Shown here in pieces: positions 1 through 9,608 of a stretch of DNA of 35,559 bases. The notes below the pieces were generated by a model. The model had not been told where the DNA came from. It saw only the letters and a program-made list of their open reading frames with translations, and did not search any database. Source of the stretch: a virus. Lineage: Duplodnaviria; Caudoviricetes. A program made the position numbers and the translations under genes. The stretch covers positions 1 through 35,559 of IMG/VR virus record IMGVR_UViG_3300017754_002889; one strand, given 5' to 3'. Position 1 is the first letter of the stretch, and every line of letters starts with the position of its first letter.

Positions 1-14
1 GAAAGAGGATGAGA

Positions 15-24
15 CAAGCCGGGG
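15..24 (+). repeat. Left copy of terminal direct repeat CAAGCCGGGG (candidate cos site)
   Basis: Identical 10-mer at 35547-35556; lies between HNH and terS, where HK97-like phages have cos. Confidence 0.6.
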
Positions 25-66
25 GGCAATTACACGCAAAGTGAATTGCCAAAGGGGGGGTGTTAA

Positions 67-134
67 CCCTTTGTGTGGGATTCAAACCCTTTTTGCGTGG
101 GGAATTCCCTTTTGCGTAGGGGTAAGCCTTTACG
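67..134 (+). repeat. 20-bp-phased imperfect repeats CCCTTT(T)G(C/T)GT(G/A)GG, candidate terminase-binding sites
   Basis: Copies start at 67, 87, 107 (partial at 127); inverted copy ACACGCAAAG at 32-41; adjacent to putative cos and upstream of terS. Confidence 0.55.
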
Positions 135-195
135 CCGAATATGGTTTGCGGTTAACATTCACGCATTAACAAAAAAAAATACGAAGGCATTAATA

Positions 196-660
196 ATGAA
201 CAAACTTCCGGGCGAATTACATTTAATTAACGGTTCCAAGGGAATGAACCAAGGCGGGCTTTTGCCCGAATCGGTACGCGGGCGTATTCCAATTGCGGAA
301 TGGATGAACGATCACAAAGCGTGGGATAAAGATGCGTTTGTTAATGAAACTTCCGAATTTATGTTTTCGGTTTATGGCATTGGTTCCGAACAAGATCGGC
401 ATACCCTTGCCATGCTTGCGGATCATATTGATACATACATTGAGTGCAACAAATATATTGCGGAACAAGGTTTGGTGGTTGAATTTAACGAAGGTAAAAC
501 CATTGGTGCAAACCCTTATGTAACCATTCGCAAACAAACCCTTTCGTTAATTTTGCAATTGATGAATGAAATGGGATTAACGGCACGAAGCAGATTTTCC
601 AAAACCAAGGTGGAAGAAGATTCGCCCGCCGCCAAATTTTTGCGTGGTGTTAAAGGTTAA
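196..660 (+). CDS. terS: Terminase small subunit (P27-like)
   Basis: ATG at 196 preferred over GTG at 73; N-terminal KLPGELHLINGSKG and C-terminal NPYV...EMGLTARSR resemble P27-family TerS; directly upstream of terL. Confidence 0.85.
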   Translation: MNKLPGELHLINGSKGMNQGGLLPESVRGRIPIAEWMNDHKAWDKDAFVNETSEFMFSVYGIGSEQDRHTLAMLADHIDTYIECNKYIAEQGLVVEFNEGKTIGANPYVTIRKQTLSLILQLMNEMGLTARSRFSKTKVEEDSPAAKFLRGVKG

Positions 661-663
661 CAA

Positions 664-2331
664 ATGAATTGGCAAGATGGGGTTGCATACGCCCATTCGG
701 TTGCAAAGGGCGAAATTAATGTTTGTCGGGATGTTCGGTTAACTTGCCAACGGTTTATTAACCAATACGAAAACAAAGAATGGGAATATGTTTTTGATTC
801 GGATTACCCGCAACACATTTTGGAATTTGCCGGTTCGTTAAAACATACCAAAGGTGTATTTGCCGGGCAATCGGTGGTACTTGAACCGTTCCAAATCTTT
901 TTCCTTTGCGCGGTTTACGGGTTCCGATACAAGAAGGATCACAACCGCCGCATGGTTACGGATGTGATTTTGTTTATTCCCCGCAAGGCAGGTAAATCCA
1001 CCTTAACGGCGGTAATTGGTTTGTACGAATTAATTTGTGGCGAACCGGGCGCGGAAGTGTTTACCCTTGCAACAAACCGGGAACAAGCAACCATTGTGTT
1101 TGATGCATCCAAAGGTTTTGTGGAATCCATGCCCGGCGATGTGGGTGGGTTGTTCAATGTATCCAAATACGAAATTAAAAAGGTTGGCGATTCCCAATCT
1201 ATGTTTAAAGCGTTAAGCCGGGATACCAAGAAAACGGGCGATGGTAAAAACCCATCGTGCGTAATCATTGATGAAGCCGCGCAAATTGTTGATCGCAATT
1301 CCATTGAAGTTTTACATTCGGGCATGGTGGCGCGGGCAAACCCCTTGCGGATTTACATTACCACCGCATCGTTTACAAAAGAAACCAAGTTTTACGAAGA
1401 TATGGATTTGTACCGTTCTATGTTGAACGGCGAAGCAAGCGATAATCCAAGATGGTTTGGTTTGCTTTACGGGCTTGATCCACAAGATGATTGGAAGAAC
1501 CCGGACACATGGCAAAAAGCCAATCCGATGCATGGCATAAGTGTTTTTACGGATGCCATTGCCGAACGCGCAATACAAGCGGAAAGCAAGCCCGCAACCC
1601 TTAACGAATTCCTTTGCAAAACCTTGAATGTGTTTGTTTCCGCGAATTCGGCATGGATTGACCGCGCCCATTGGGATGATCCCGTTTGTTTAATTAAAGA
1701 ACCGCGCCAACCGGAAGCGGTTTTTGTTGGCTTTGACCTTGCGGCAACGCGAGATTTAAACGCCGCTTGTTTTTTGAAAAGATTTGCCGATGACGATTAC
1801 GAATCAGAATGGAAGTTCTTTTTGCCGGAAGAAGGTTTTAACCTCATTCCTAAACATTACCAAGATATATTTCGGGTTGCCGTTGATTCGGGAATCCTAA
1901 AGTTAACGCCCGGCAATGTGATGGATGATCGGGAAATTTCCGATTACATCATTACCCGGTGTGGTGAATTCCAAAATGTTAAGGAAATTGGATACGATGC
2001 GTATAACGCCGCATCCCTTGTTGCCCGCTTGCACGAAGCCGGGTTGCCTGTTAAAAAGGTGGGGCAGGGCATGGCGGTTCTTAACAATCCATCCAAACAG
2101 GTTGAACGGTTGATACTTCAAAAACAAATCAAGCACGATGGCAACCCGTTTGTTGGTTGGCAATTGGGCAACTGTGAAGTTTACGAAGATGTAAACGGAA
2201 ACATCAAGATTCGTAAGAATGAAGCAGATAAATCCGCGAAAGTTGATGGAATTATTGCAATGATTATTGCCATGCATTGCGCGTTGGACAATCCATCTTT
2301 ATCAAATAGTTGGGGATTTCGTGCGTTTTGA
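664..2331 (+). CDS. terL: Terminase large subunit
   Basis: Adenine-binding LEPFQ, Walker A IPRKAGKST, Walker B VIIDE, coupling ITTA, nuclease GFDLA and KVDGIIA; WQKANP motif. Confidence 0.97.
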   Translation: MNWQDGVAYAHSVAKGEINVCRDVRLTCQRFINQYENKEWEYVFDSDYPQHILEFAGSLKHTKGVFAGQSVVLEPFQIFFLCAVYGFRYKKDHNRRMVTDVILFIPRKAGKSTLTAVIGLYELICGEPGAEVFTLATNREQATIVFDASKGFVESMPGDVGGLFNVSKYEIKKVGDSQSMFKALSRDTKKTGDGKNPSCVIIDEAAQIVDRNSIEVLHSGMVARANPLRIYITTASFTKETKFYEDMDLYRSMLNGEASDNPRWFGLLYGLDPQDDWKNPDTWQKANPMHGISVFTDAIAERAIQAESKPATLNEFLCKTLNVFVSANSAWIDRAHWDDPVCLIKEPRQPEAVFVGFDLAATRDLNAACFLKRFADDDYESEWKFFLPEEGFNLIPKHYQDIFRVAVDSGILKLTPGNVMDDREISDYIITRCGEFQNVKEIGYDAYNAASLVARLHEAGLPVKKVGQGMAVLNNPSKQVERLILQKQIKHDGNPFVGWQLGNCEVYEDVNGNIKIRKNEADKSAKVDGIIAMIIAMHCALDNPSLSNSWGFRAF

Positions 2332-2362
2332 GTTATTATTGTAATAACTTCGGGGGTAAAAC

Positions 2363-3760
2363 ATGGGAATTTTGGATATTTTCAAGGGAAAAAAGCCGGT
2401 ACAAACGGAATCCAATACCGTTCTTGGGCAAACCCAACTTGGTAATCAAGTAATTTATGGACTTTCCCAACAAGGCAAAACATCCCAACAATTACTTTAT
2501 GTAACCACTTCAAGCCAAACAACGGCAGGGCGGCAAGTTGATTTATCAATGCTTACCCGCAATTCAACCATCATGGCTTGCGTTGGGGCAAAAGCGCGAA
2601 CGCTTGCCCAATTGCCAAAATCAATAATGCTAAAAATGGATGATGGCACTTTTGTTGATGCCCTTAAATCTGATTTAACAACTTCGCGAGAAAAAACAAA
2701 AGCCAAACAAGTTTTAAATTTGCTTTATGCGCCAAACAATTTTCAAAATGCATACGAATTTTGGTATCAATGGAGTATGTGGCAAGATTTAACCGGTGAA
2801 ACATTTACCCTTTGGTGGCGCAAAGATCAAAAAGATCAAATGCAAACCCCAACGGAAATGTATAACTTGGATTCCACCCTTATTACGGTTGGTATATCCG
2901 AAACCCGTTACCCTTATTACCGCCTTTCAACGCCCGCTTATGGGTTAACAAAAGAACAACCGCTTGAATATTGGATGGTTATGCATACCAAAGAAGCGGC
3001 ATGGCAAGGTTCATCCGGTTTTAACAAAGGTATTCTTGCGGCTGAATTAGTTGGTTTGGATCAAGATATTGATTTGTATGCCAATTACATTATGCAAAAT
3101 GGTGCAAAACCTTCCGGTATGTTTACAACGGAACAGGTAATTCCGGATGCTAAATATAAAGAAATTGCTTCCCGCCTTAAAGAAGCATGGACAAATATGC
3201 TTGGTTCCCGCAATCAAGATTTAAGCAAGCCCGGACAAGGTATGTTGCTAGATCAAGGCATGAAATACACGCCAATTGATATGTTAACGCTTCAAGATGC
3301 CGAAGCCGCCGCATTAAAAATACAAACCATGAAACGAATTTGCGGTTTGTTTGGGGTTCCACCTGCTATGCTTGGTATTGGGGATTCCAAATATAATAAT
3401 ACCCAAACGCAATTGGATGAATTTTATAAAACAACAATGTACCCAATGGTAATTAATGTTGAACAAAAATTAAATCAACATTTGTTGCGCGGGTATCCAA
3501 ACTTGGTTGTTCGATTTGATACCAAAGAATTTTTAAAAGGCGCGGTGTTGGATCAAGTTAACTTTGTTAATACTGCCGTTAATGGCGGCATAATGACACC
3601 AAACGAAGCCCGCGAATATTTGAATATGGCAAAAATTGAAGGCGCGGATGAATTAAAACAAGAACCGGCAAAGGTTGATCCAATGTCGGGACAAAGCCCG
3701 CAAGATACCGGCGGTGGTGGTGGCAATCAAAAATTAAAAGCCAACATTGGTAAAACATGA
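2363..3760 (+). CDS. Portal protein, HK97 family
   Basis: NGAKPSG, ICGLFGVPPAMLG, GIMTPNEAR motifs; follows terL. Confidence 0.95.
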   Translation: MGILDIFKGKKPVQTESNTVLGQTQLGNQVIYGLSQQGKTSQQLLYVTTSSQTTAGRQVDLSMLTRNSTIMACVGAKARTLAQLPKSIMLKMDDGTFVDALKSDLTTSREKTKAKQVLNLLYAPNNFQNAYEFWYQWSMWQDLTGETFTLWWRKDQKDQMQTPTEMYNLDSTLITVGISETRYPYYRLSTPAYGLTKEQPLEYWMVMHTKEAAWQGSSGFNKGILAAELVGLDQDIDLYANYIMQNGAKPSGMFTTEQVIPDAKYKEIASRLKEAWTNMLGSRNQDLSKPGQGMLLDQGMKYTPIDMLTLQDAEAAALKIQTMKRICGLFGVPPAMLGIGDSKYNNTQTQLDEFYKTTMYPMVINVEQKLNQHLLRGYPNLVVRFDTKEFLKGAVLDQVNFVNTAVNGGIMTPNEAREYLNMAKIEGADELKQEPAKVDPMSGQSPQDTGGGGGNQKLKANIGKT

Positions 3761-3889
3761 AATTCTTTAATAGAATAATGGCAACATTTGCTTCCCAAAT
3801 AAAGAAATCAAATGTTAAACTACCAATGAAAAGCGAAAAGCCCCACAAGATACAAGACGATAACCAATCAATTCACAATGGGGTGATAC

Positions 3890-4684
3890 ATGAAAAATTT
3901 GAACCTAGTTTGCGAAGCAAAGTTAAGCGTACCAAGTAACGCAAACGAAAATGCCGCAAATTCTTCCGGGCTTATGGAAGCCCGCGTAACAACTTGGGGC
4001 GCGCGTGAAGGTGCGGATGGTCGCAAGTTTAATTACCAACCCGAAGGTTTTATGGAATGGGCAACCGAATTCATGGAAGCCGGTAAACCACTTCCAATGT
4101 TCTTAAACCATAACGATATGGGTATGCCGGTTGGCGAATGGAACGAATTTGTATTTGACAAAGAAGGCATGACCGCCAAAGGCAAGTTGTTCTTAAATAC
4201 AAGCGCGGGCAATGACCTTTACACCGTATTAAAGGAAAGCCCCGATTTGTTTGGCGGCGTTTCCGTTGGCGCGTATGCCGATGAAGCCTGTTATGTGGAT
4301 GCCGATGGTAATCCAATTGTTTCCGGTGATGACGATGCCGAATCATATTTTCAAATTACCAAAGGTGGCTTACGCGAAGTAAGCGTGGTGATGTACCCCA
4401 ACAATCCAAATGCGGAAATTCATAAATTGGAAGCCTTTGATGCCGAAGGCAATGCCAATCCGCGAATAATCGAAAAACTACTGCGTGAAGCAGGGGTTTC
4501 CCGAAAAGATGCAACCACCGCATCTTCAATCTTGAAGAAACTTTTGGTTTTGCGTGATGTGAAGCCCGAAGCAAAGCAAGAAGCCCCAATTGCGCGTGAT
4601 GCGGATGCGGTGGATCAAGAAGCCCAACTACTTCGTGCGTTTGAATTGCGCGAATTAGAAAAGGCACTTTCAAAACGCATTTAA
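3890..4684 (+). CDS. Prohead maturation protease (HK97-type)
   Basis: PMFLNHN (catalytic His region), PVGEW, GVSVG (catalytic Ser), LREVSVVMYPNNP; between portal and capsid. Confidence 0.92.
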   Translation: MKNLNLVCEAKLSVPSNANENAANSSGLMEARVTTWGAREGADGRKFNYQPEGFMEWATEFMEAGKPLPMFLNHNDMGMPVGEWNEFVFDKEGMTAKGKLFLNTSAGNDLYTVLKESPDLFGGVSVGAYADEACYVDADGNPIVSGDDDAESYFQITKGGLREVSVVMYPNNPNAEIHKLEAFDAEGNANPRIIEKLLREAGVSRKDATTASSILKKLLVLRDVKPEAKQEAPIARDADAVDQEAQLLRAFELRELEKALSKRI

Positions 4685-4699
4685 AAAAGGAAATGCAAA

Positions 4700-6022
4700 A
4701 TGTCTATCGAAAAAATCATTGAAAAGGTTGATGCAATCGAAGTGGCGAACCAAGCCAAGATTGTTGAAGCCGTTGAAGCAGTAAAAGCGGAATTTGAAGA
4801 AAAGATTTCTACCCTTGAAGCCAAGGTTGCAGAAGTTAAAGCCCCGCAAATTATCCAAGCACCTGCAAAAAGTGTTAAACAAGATGTAAACCGTATGGTT
4901 CGCGAACAAATCCGCGATTTCACTAAATCTTCAAAGGGTTTGGAAAAAGAAATTAAGATTTGGGAATCTGTGGATCAATATGATGCATACTTAAAAGAAG
5001 CATCCGCATTGACCGGTTCCGGCGCGGGCGTTGGTGGTCGTGTTGCTTACGATCCTGTATTCCATGTGATGCGTTTGGCAAACCCAATGCGCGGTTTATC
5101 ACGCAATGTGTCAACTGATGGCGCACAATATACTTTCCGCGCCAAAACAGGCAACGCGGGTGCGGCATGGGGTTATGCAATCAATAACAACGGTTCCGGC
5201 ACTACTGAAAGCACAAACATTTGGCAATTAAATTTGCAAGATATTAATGTGCAATTCCCAATCCGTACCGCCGCTTTGGATGATATTGATGGTTTGGAAG
5301 CCAATGTGGTTGACGATATGCTTGTGGAGTTTTCACAAGTTGAAGGTCAATCAATGATCCAAAACGATGATCAATCGGGTTCAACAACTACTTCAACCGG
5401 TGGCACAAACGGTTTGCGTGGTTTGAATTACTATCCGGGCGCAAATAGTTCATATACAGGTGGTACAACTTCCGCTTATGGCTTCGGCACAAGTGGTACA
5501 GGTGCAACCGCCGGTTTGAATAGCATTGCAACTTATGACCAAATCACAACTAACGGTTTTGCAAGCGCAAACAATGTTCAGTATGCCGATTTGATTAATT
5601 TCTTACACGCATTGCCACAACAATATTGGTCAAATGGCAACAAGTGGATGATTTCACCGTTGATGCTTGCCGGTATTCGTGGTTTAGTTGATGACAACGG
5701 TACACCTGTGTTTGAAAGAATGTCACCATTGGTTTACGATGGTATCGTTGGCAAGTTGCTTGGTTACGATGTAGTTGTTAACAACTATGTTGATGCGCCA
5801 ACCGCCGCCGGTGGTTCTGCCGGTACTGTGGACAAGTTCCCAATGTATTTTGGTGACTTCACACGCGGACACACAATCGTGGATCGTTTGAATATGGTAT
5901 TGCGCCGTTACGATCAAACTGCACCGGGCTTCATCACTTTCTATGGTGAAAAACGCTTGTGTGCATCGAATGTCGATCCTGCCGCAATCATCCGTTACCG
6001 TTCAACTGCAACGGGCGCGTAA
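4700..6022 (+). CDS. Major capsid protein, HK97 fold, with ~100-aa N-terminal coiled-coil (delta) domain
   Basis: Charged helical N-terminus, GKLLGYDVVVN, YFGDF, FYGEKR motifs; RBS AAGGAAA; follows protease. Confidence 0.92.
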   Translation: MSIEKIIEKVDAIEVANQAKIVEAVEAVKAEFEEKISTLEAKVAEVKAPQIIQAPAKSVKQDVNRMVREQIRDFTKSSKGLEKEIKIWESVDQYDAYLKEASALTGSGAGVGGRVAYDPVFHVMRLANPMRGLSRNVSTDGAQYTFRAKTGNAGAAWGYAINNNGSGTTESTNIWQLNLQDINVQFPIRTAALDDIDGLEANVVDDMLVEFSQVEGQSMIQNDDQSGSTTTSTGGTNGLRGLNYYPGANSSYTGGTTSAYGFGTSGTGATAGLNSIATYDQITTNGFASANNVQYADLINFLHALPQQYWSNGNKWMISPLMLAGIRGLVDDNGTPVFERMSPLVYDGIVGKLLGYDVVVNNYVDAPTAAGGSAGTVDKFPMYFGDFTRGHTIVDRLNMVLRRYDQTAPGFITFYGEKRLCASNVDPAAIIRYRSTATGA

Positions 6023-6037
6023 TAGCAACAAAGGAAT

Positions 6038-6060
6038 GGGGGGCTTACGCCCCCCTTCTT
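6038..6060 (+). terminator. Intrinsic terminator-like hairpin between the two capsid genes
   Basis: GGGGGGC-TTAC-GCCCCCC followed by an interrupted T tract (TTCTT). Confidence 0.7.
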
Positions 6061-6094
6061 GAATGAATATTGAAGGCATAAAGGAAAAAAGCAA

Positions 6095-7336
6095 ATGAAA
6101 AATACCGCCATTCTTAACGGCATCAAAGAAGCACTAACCAACGGGGAAGCAACCGTTAACCTGCGCGAAGCAAGTTCCCTTACGGGTTCGGGGCTTGATG
6201 CGGGTGGTCGCGTAATTTACGATGATGCGTTTGCTTCTTTGCGTTATGCCAACCCAATTCGTATGGGTGCGCGACAAATTGCAACCGATGGTTCGGCGCA
6301 AGCGTTTGTTGCAAAAACAGGTAATGCGACATTGGTTCAAGGGATTGCCGTTGTAACCGGCGCAATTTCAACAACCACACTTACAGTTTCCGCAGTAACT
6401 TCCGGCACATTGCGTGTTGGTCAATACATCACCGGTACGGGCGTAACTGCCGGTACTACTATTACCGCACTTGGTACAGGTACGGGCGGTACAGGCACTT
6501 ACACCGTAAGCGCAAGCCAAACAGTTTCATCCACTACCGTTACGGCGCAATCAAACCCTTGGGGTTATTCAATCAACGCCAATGGTGGTTCACCGGACAT
6601 TTCCACAACATTTTGGCAATTGCCGGTTCGCGACATTAATGCAAGCCTTCCAATCCGTACCGCAGTTCTTTCGGATATTGATTCATTGGAAGAAGCGGTT
6701 GCGGGCGATTTGCTTTTGGAATTGTCGCAACAAGAAGGTTTGTCGATGGTTCTTAACAATGACCAATCCGCAAGCACAACTTACGCTTATGGCGCAACAA
6801 GTGGTTTGCGTGGGTTGAATTCATACCCCGGTTCCACAAGCGCGGCGGCATTTGGTTCAAACGGTTCCGCAATTACTAACGGGCGGCATACTGTGTTGCA
6901 AGTTGAATTGGCAACCGCAACCGCCGTTGTTTATGATGATTTGGCAAACTTGCAAGCCGCTTTACCGGCGCAATATTTGAACAAACCAACAACCGCATGG
7001 ATGATGCATCCAACGACAATTCAAGCATTGCGTAAATTGAAGGCATCAACAAGCGCAAACAACTTCTTGGAAGTTGGCGATGATGATGGCGGCGCGGTAG
7101 TTTACATTTTTGGGCATCGCGTGATTCCAAACCCATATATGCAAGTTGCGGCATCGGGCGCGTTCCCGGTTTACCTTGCAGAGTGGGAACGCTTTGTAAC
7201 CATTGCGGATTACGGCGTAATTGACATTAAGCGATTCGATCAAAGCGCGCCGGGTTTTGTAACCTTGTTTGCTGAAAAGCGCGTTTGTAGTTCAATTCTT
7301 GATGTATTTGCGGGTGTTCGTTTAGTCGGCGCATAA
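6095..7336 (+). CDS. Second HK97-fold capsid protein (paralog; minor capsid candidate) with inserted Thr/Gly-rich domain
   Basis: Collinear similarity to 4700-6022: [26 protein letters not shown]...[30 protein letters not shown]. Confidence 0.9.
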   Translation: MKNTAILNGIKEALTNGEATVNLREASSLTGSGLDAGGRVIYDDAFASLRYANPIRMGARQIATDGSAQAFVAKTGNATLVQGIAVVTGAISTTTLTVSAVTSGTLRVGQYITGTGVTAGTTITALGTGTGGTGTYTVSASQTVSSTTVTAQSNPWGYSINANGGSPDISTTFWQLPVRDINASLPIRTAVLSDIDSLEEAVAGDLLLELSQQEGLSMVLNNDQSASTTYAYGATSGLRGLNSYPGSTSAAAFGSNGSAITNGRHTVLQVELATATAVVYDDLANLQAALPAQYLNKPTTAWMMHPTTIQALRKLKASTSANNFLEVGDDDGGAVVYIFGHRVIPNPYMQVAASGAFPVYLAEWERFVTIADYGVIDIKRFDQSAPGFVTLFAEKRVCSSILDVFAGVRLVGA

Positions 7337-7346
7337 GGGGCAGATT

Positions 7347-8024
7347 ATGGCGGTTGAAAATATGACACTTGCCCCGTATTATTCGGGGACAAGAAATCCG
7401 TTCAATTATGAAAAAGTTGAACAAATTAACCGCGATATTTCAACCGGTTGGTTAACGCTTGATGAAATAACGCAACAACTTAACTTGTTTCAAGATGAAT
7501 CGCAAGATTCTTATTTATCAAGCCTTGAATTGGCAACCCGTATGGCAATCGAAGATTTCCTTGGGTTTGCTATTTTTTCAACGCAATACCGTTGTTATTA
7601 CGGCGATCCGGGTTTAAATGGATCATCAATTTATTTGGATTTGCCGGAAGTCGCAACAACATACCAAGGGCAATCCCCGGCGGTAACAATTAACACCGTT
7701 GAATTTTGGACAGGTACAACCGGGGCAACAAAAAACCTTTTGGCGGCAAGTAATTATTATTACGATCCAACAGGTAATCGCGTGGTTGTACCAAGCGGCT
7801 TGCCAAGCCCTTTGGCGCAAAACATTGCAAACCCGGTTCAAGTAACTTATACGATTAACCAAAGTTTTGCGGCGCAATATCCGGTGGTAAAACAAGCGGG
7901 CTTAATGTTGTTAACGCATTTGTATAACAGTCGATCCACCGTTGGTGATTCGGTACAAATGAAAGCCGAAATTCCATTTGGCGTTACGATGTTGTTGCGC
8001 CCTTACAAAGCATTGGTTATGTAA
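7347..8024 (+). CDS. Head-tail connector (HK97 gp6-like adaptor)
   Basis: LTLDEITQQL, AIEDFLG, VKQAGLMLLTHLYNSR, LLRPYK motifs; follows capsid genes. Confidence 0.85.
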   Translation: MAVENMTLAPYYSGTRNPFNYEKVEQINRDISTGWLTLDEITQQLNLFQDESQDSYLSSLELATRMAIEDFLGFAIFSTQYRCYYGDPGLNGSSIYLDLPEVATTYQGQSPAVTINTVEFWTGTTGATKNLLAASNYYYDPTGNRVVVPSGLPSPLAQNIANPVQVTYTINQSFAAQYPVVKQAGLMLLTHLYNSRSTVGDSVQMKAEIPFGVTMLLRPYKALVM

Positions 8025-8368
8025 TGACAATTAAGCGTTACGAAAATGTTGGCGTTAACACCGTTACAAACGGCGTGAATAGCCTTGGGGAATACACAAC
8101 TACCATTACCCCTTGGTTTGAAACACGCGCTTTGGTAAGCGATGTGGCAAATTCCTTGCGTATTTCGGAACGGTATCGGGTGTATTCGGATTTAACAAAC
8201 TTCACAATGAATTACACGCCAAACACAAAAACCATTGTGGATGACCAAGACAATTATTCATTTGAATGGCGGGGAAAAGATTGGCGTATTACGGATTGCC
8301 GGGAATCAAATGATCGGCAGTTTGTTACCTTTATTTGTTATCGTAACGATCCATCCACCCCGGTGTAA
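8024..8368 (+). CDS. Head closure / head-tail joining protein
   Basis: 114 aa, beta-rich, NSLGE near N-terminus and WRGKDWRI; synteny after connector. Confidence 0.7.
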   Translation: MTIKRYENVGVNTVTNGVNSLGEYTTTITPWFETRALVSDVANSLRISERYRVYSDLTNFTMNYTPNTKTIVDDQDNYSFEWRGKDWRITDCRESNDRQFVTFICYRNDPSTPV

Positions 8369-8370
8369 AA

Positions 8371-8793
8371 ATGGCAAATCAAAACAATCCCGTACAGTAT
8401 GCCGAAGCGATCCAATACGAGTTGGCGCAAACGGTTACGCCTGTACCGGTGTACGCAAGTTTCAACCGAAATTATGCAAAAGAACCAAAATTTTTAACTT
8501 GGATATTGCGGAACATTCATCAACCCGTTTACACCGGGCAAACGCAATCCAACAAAGGTATTGATCGCCCAATATTTCAAGTGCATATTTATGCACAAAC
8601 AATGTCGGATGCTTTCAATTTAAGCAACACCATATTACAATCATTGCATGGGTATTCGGGTCAATTTGGCGGCGTAAGCGGCTTTTTTGTTGCAAAGGTT
8701 GATATAAGTTGGCTTTACAATACATACGATAATGAATTGGGTTTAAACCAAATTGTTTTGGATTGCACCCTTGATATTCCAACACCAATATGA
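8371..8793 (+). CDS. Tail terminator / completion protein
   Basis: 140 aa with FQVHIYA...A..LS..I...LHG pattern; directly before tail tube gene. Confidence 0.72.
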   Translation: MANQNNPVQYAEAIQYELAQTVTPVPVYASFNRNYAKEPKFLTWILRNIHQPVYTGQTQSNKGIDRPIFQVHIYAQTMSDAFNLSNTILQSLHGYSGQFGGVSGFFVAKVDISWLYNTYDNELGLNQIVLDCTLDIPTPI

Positions 8794-8830
8794 CAAGATT
8801 TTTTTAACACTTTCAAAAAGGAAATGAAAA

Positions 8831-9349
8831 ATGGCACTTATTAATAAAGTCTTGCCGGGTTATGTTGCAACCCTTTGGTGTCAAGATGATGCCACACCAA
8901 CCCCATTGACCGATGTTCAATTGGGTACTTGGGCGCAGGTTGAAACAATTATTGGCACAAGTGCGGGCGGTTTAGGTACTGCCGGTGAACAAGTGCCGGT
9001 GGAAGCAATCCCCGCATTTGGTTCCGATGATGCAAGCGCGGCATATTCTGCCGCCGGTTTGCGTACCGGTTACAAAATCACTACCCAAAACCAAGTAACT
9101 TCGTTAACGATTACTTCGGCTTGGAACCCTGCCGATGCCGCCCAATTGCTTATTCGCGATGATGGCGATTCCGGTTCAATCATCCGCACTTATGTGATTG
9201 CGGTTTATGATGGTACTGATACCGTTGCTTACGCTTTCAATGGTCGCGTTGGTGGTATGCAATGGGATATGTCACCAAGTGCCGAAGGTAAATTTACTTT
9301 CACAATTCACCCCGTAGGCGGCAATTCATACGGTTGGTCTAATAGTTAA
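8831..9349 (+). CDS. Major tail tube protein
   Basis: Strong RBS AAGGAAA, acidic beta-rich 172 aa, YAFNGRV motif; synteny. Confidence 0.75.
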   Translation: MALINKVLPGYVATLWCQDDATPTPLTDVQLGTWAQVETIIGTSAGGLGTAGEQVPVEAIPAFGSDDASAAYSAAGLRTGYKITTQNQVTSLTITSAWNPADAAQLLIRDDGDSGSIIRTYVIAVYDGTDTVAYAFNGRVGGMQWDMSPSAEGKFTFTIHPVGGNSYGWSNS

Positions 9350-9370
9350 CAACCCCGAAAACAATAAAAC

Positions 9371-9607
9371 ATGACAACATTAGATAACACAAAAAACAAT
9401 TCGGAAGCCTTACTTAACTTCTTGATTACCCAAGCCAATTCCGGTTCAAAGAATTGGTTTGGGTTTCACGAACAACGCATTGCCGGAATTCATACCGCAT
9501 ATAAAATTGCGGAAAATCATGCCGACAAATTAACCCCCGATGAAGTTGCGGATTACGCTTTGCGCCTTAACAACGCAATCTTTCGCAAATTGGTAAAAGG
9601 GGAATAA
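9371..9607 (+). CDS. Hypothetical protein in tail module
   Basis: 78-aa ORF filling the gap between tube and chaperone genes, with genome-typical codon usage. Confidence 0.7.
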   Translation: MTTLDNTKNNSEALLNFLITQANSGSKNWFGFHEQRIAGIHTAYKIAENHADKLTPDEVADYALRLNNAIFRKLVKGE

Positions 9608-9608
9608 C

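Noticed and set aside
67-134. Mini CRISPR array
   Set aside because: The units are degenerate with a 20-bp period and leave no room for spacers; no cas genes.
73-195. 41-codon N-terminal extension of terS from GTG 73
   Set aside because: It runs through the phased repeat array, and TerS-like sequence only begins at ATG 196.
3757-3939. 60-aa ORF between portal and protease
   Set aside because: It has an ATGA overlap but overlaps the protease by 50 nt with no motif; it could equally be a leader with an extended -10 (TGTTAAACT). Unresolved, so not called.
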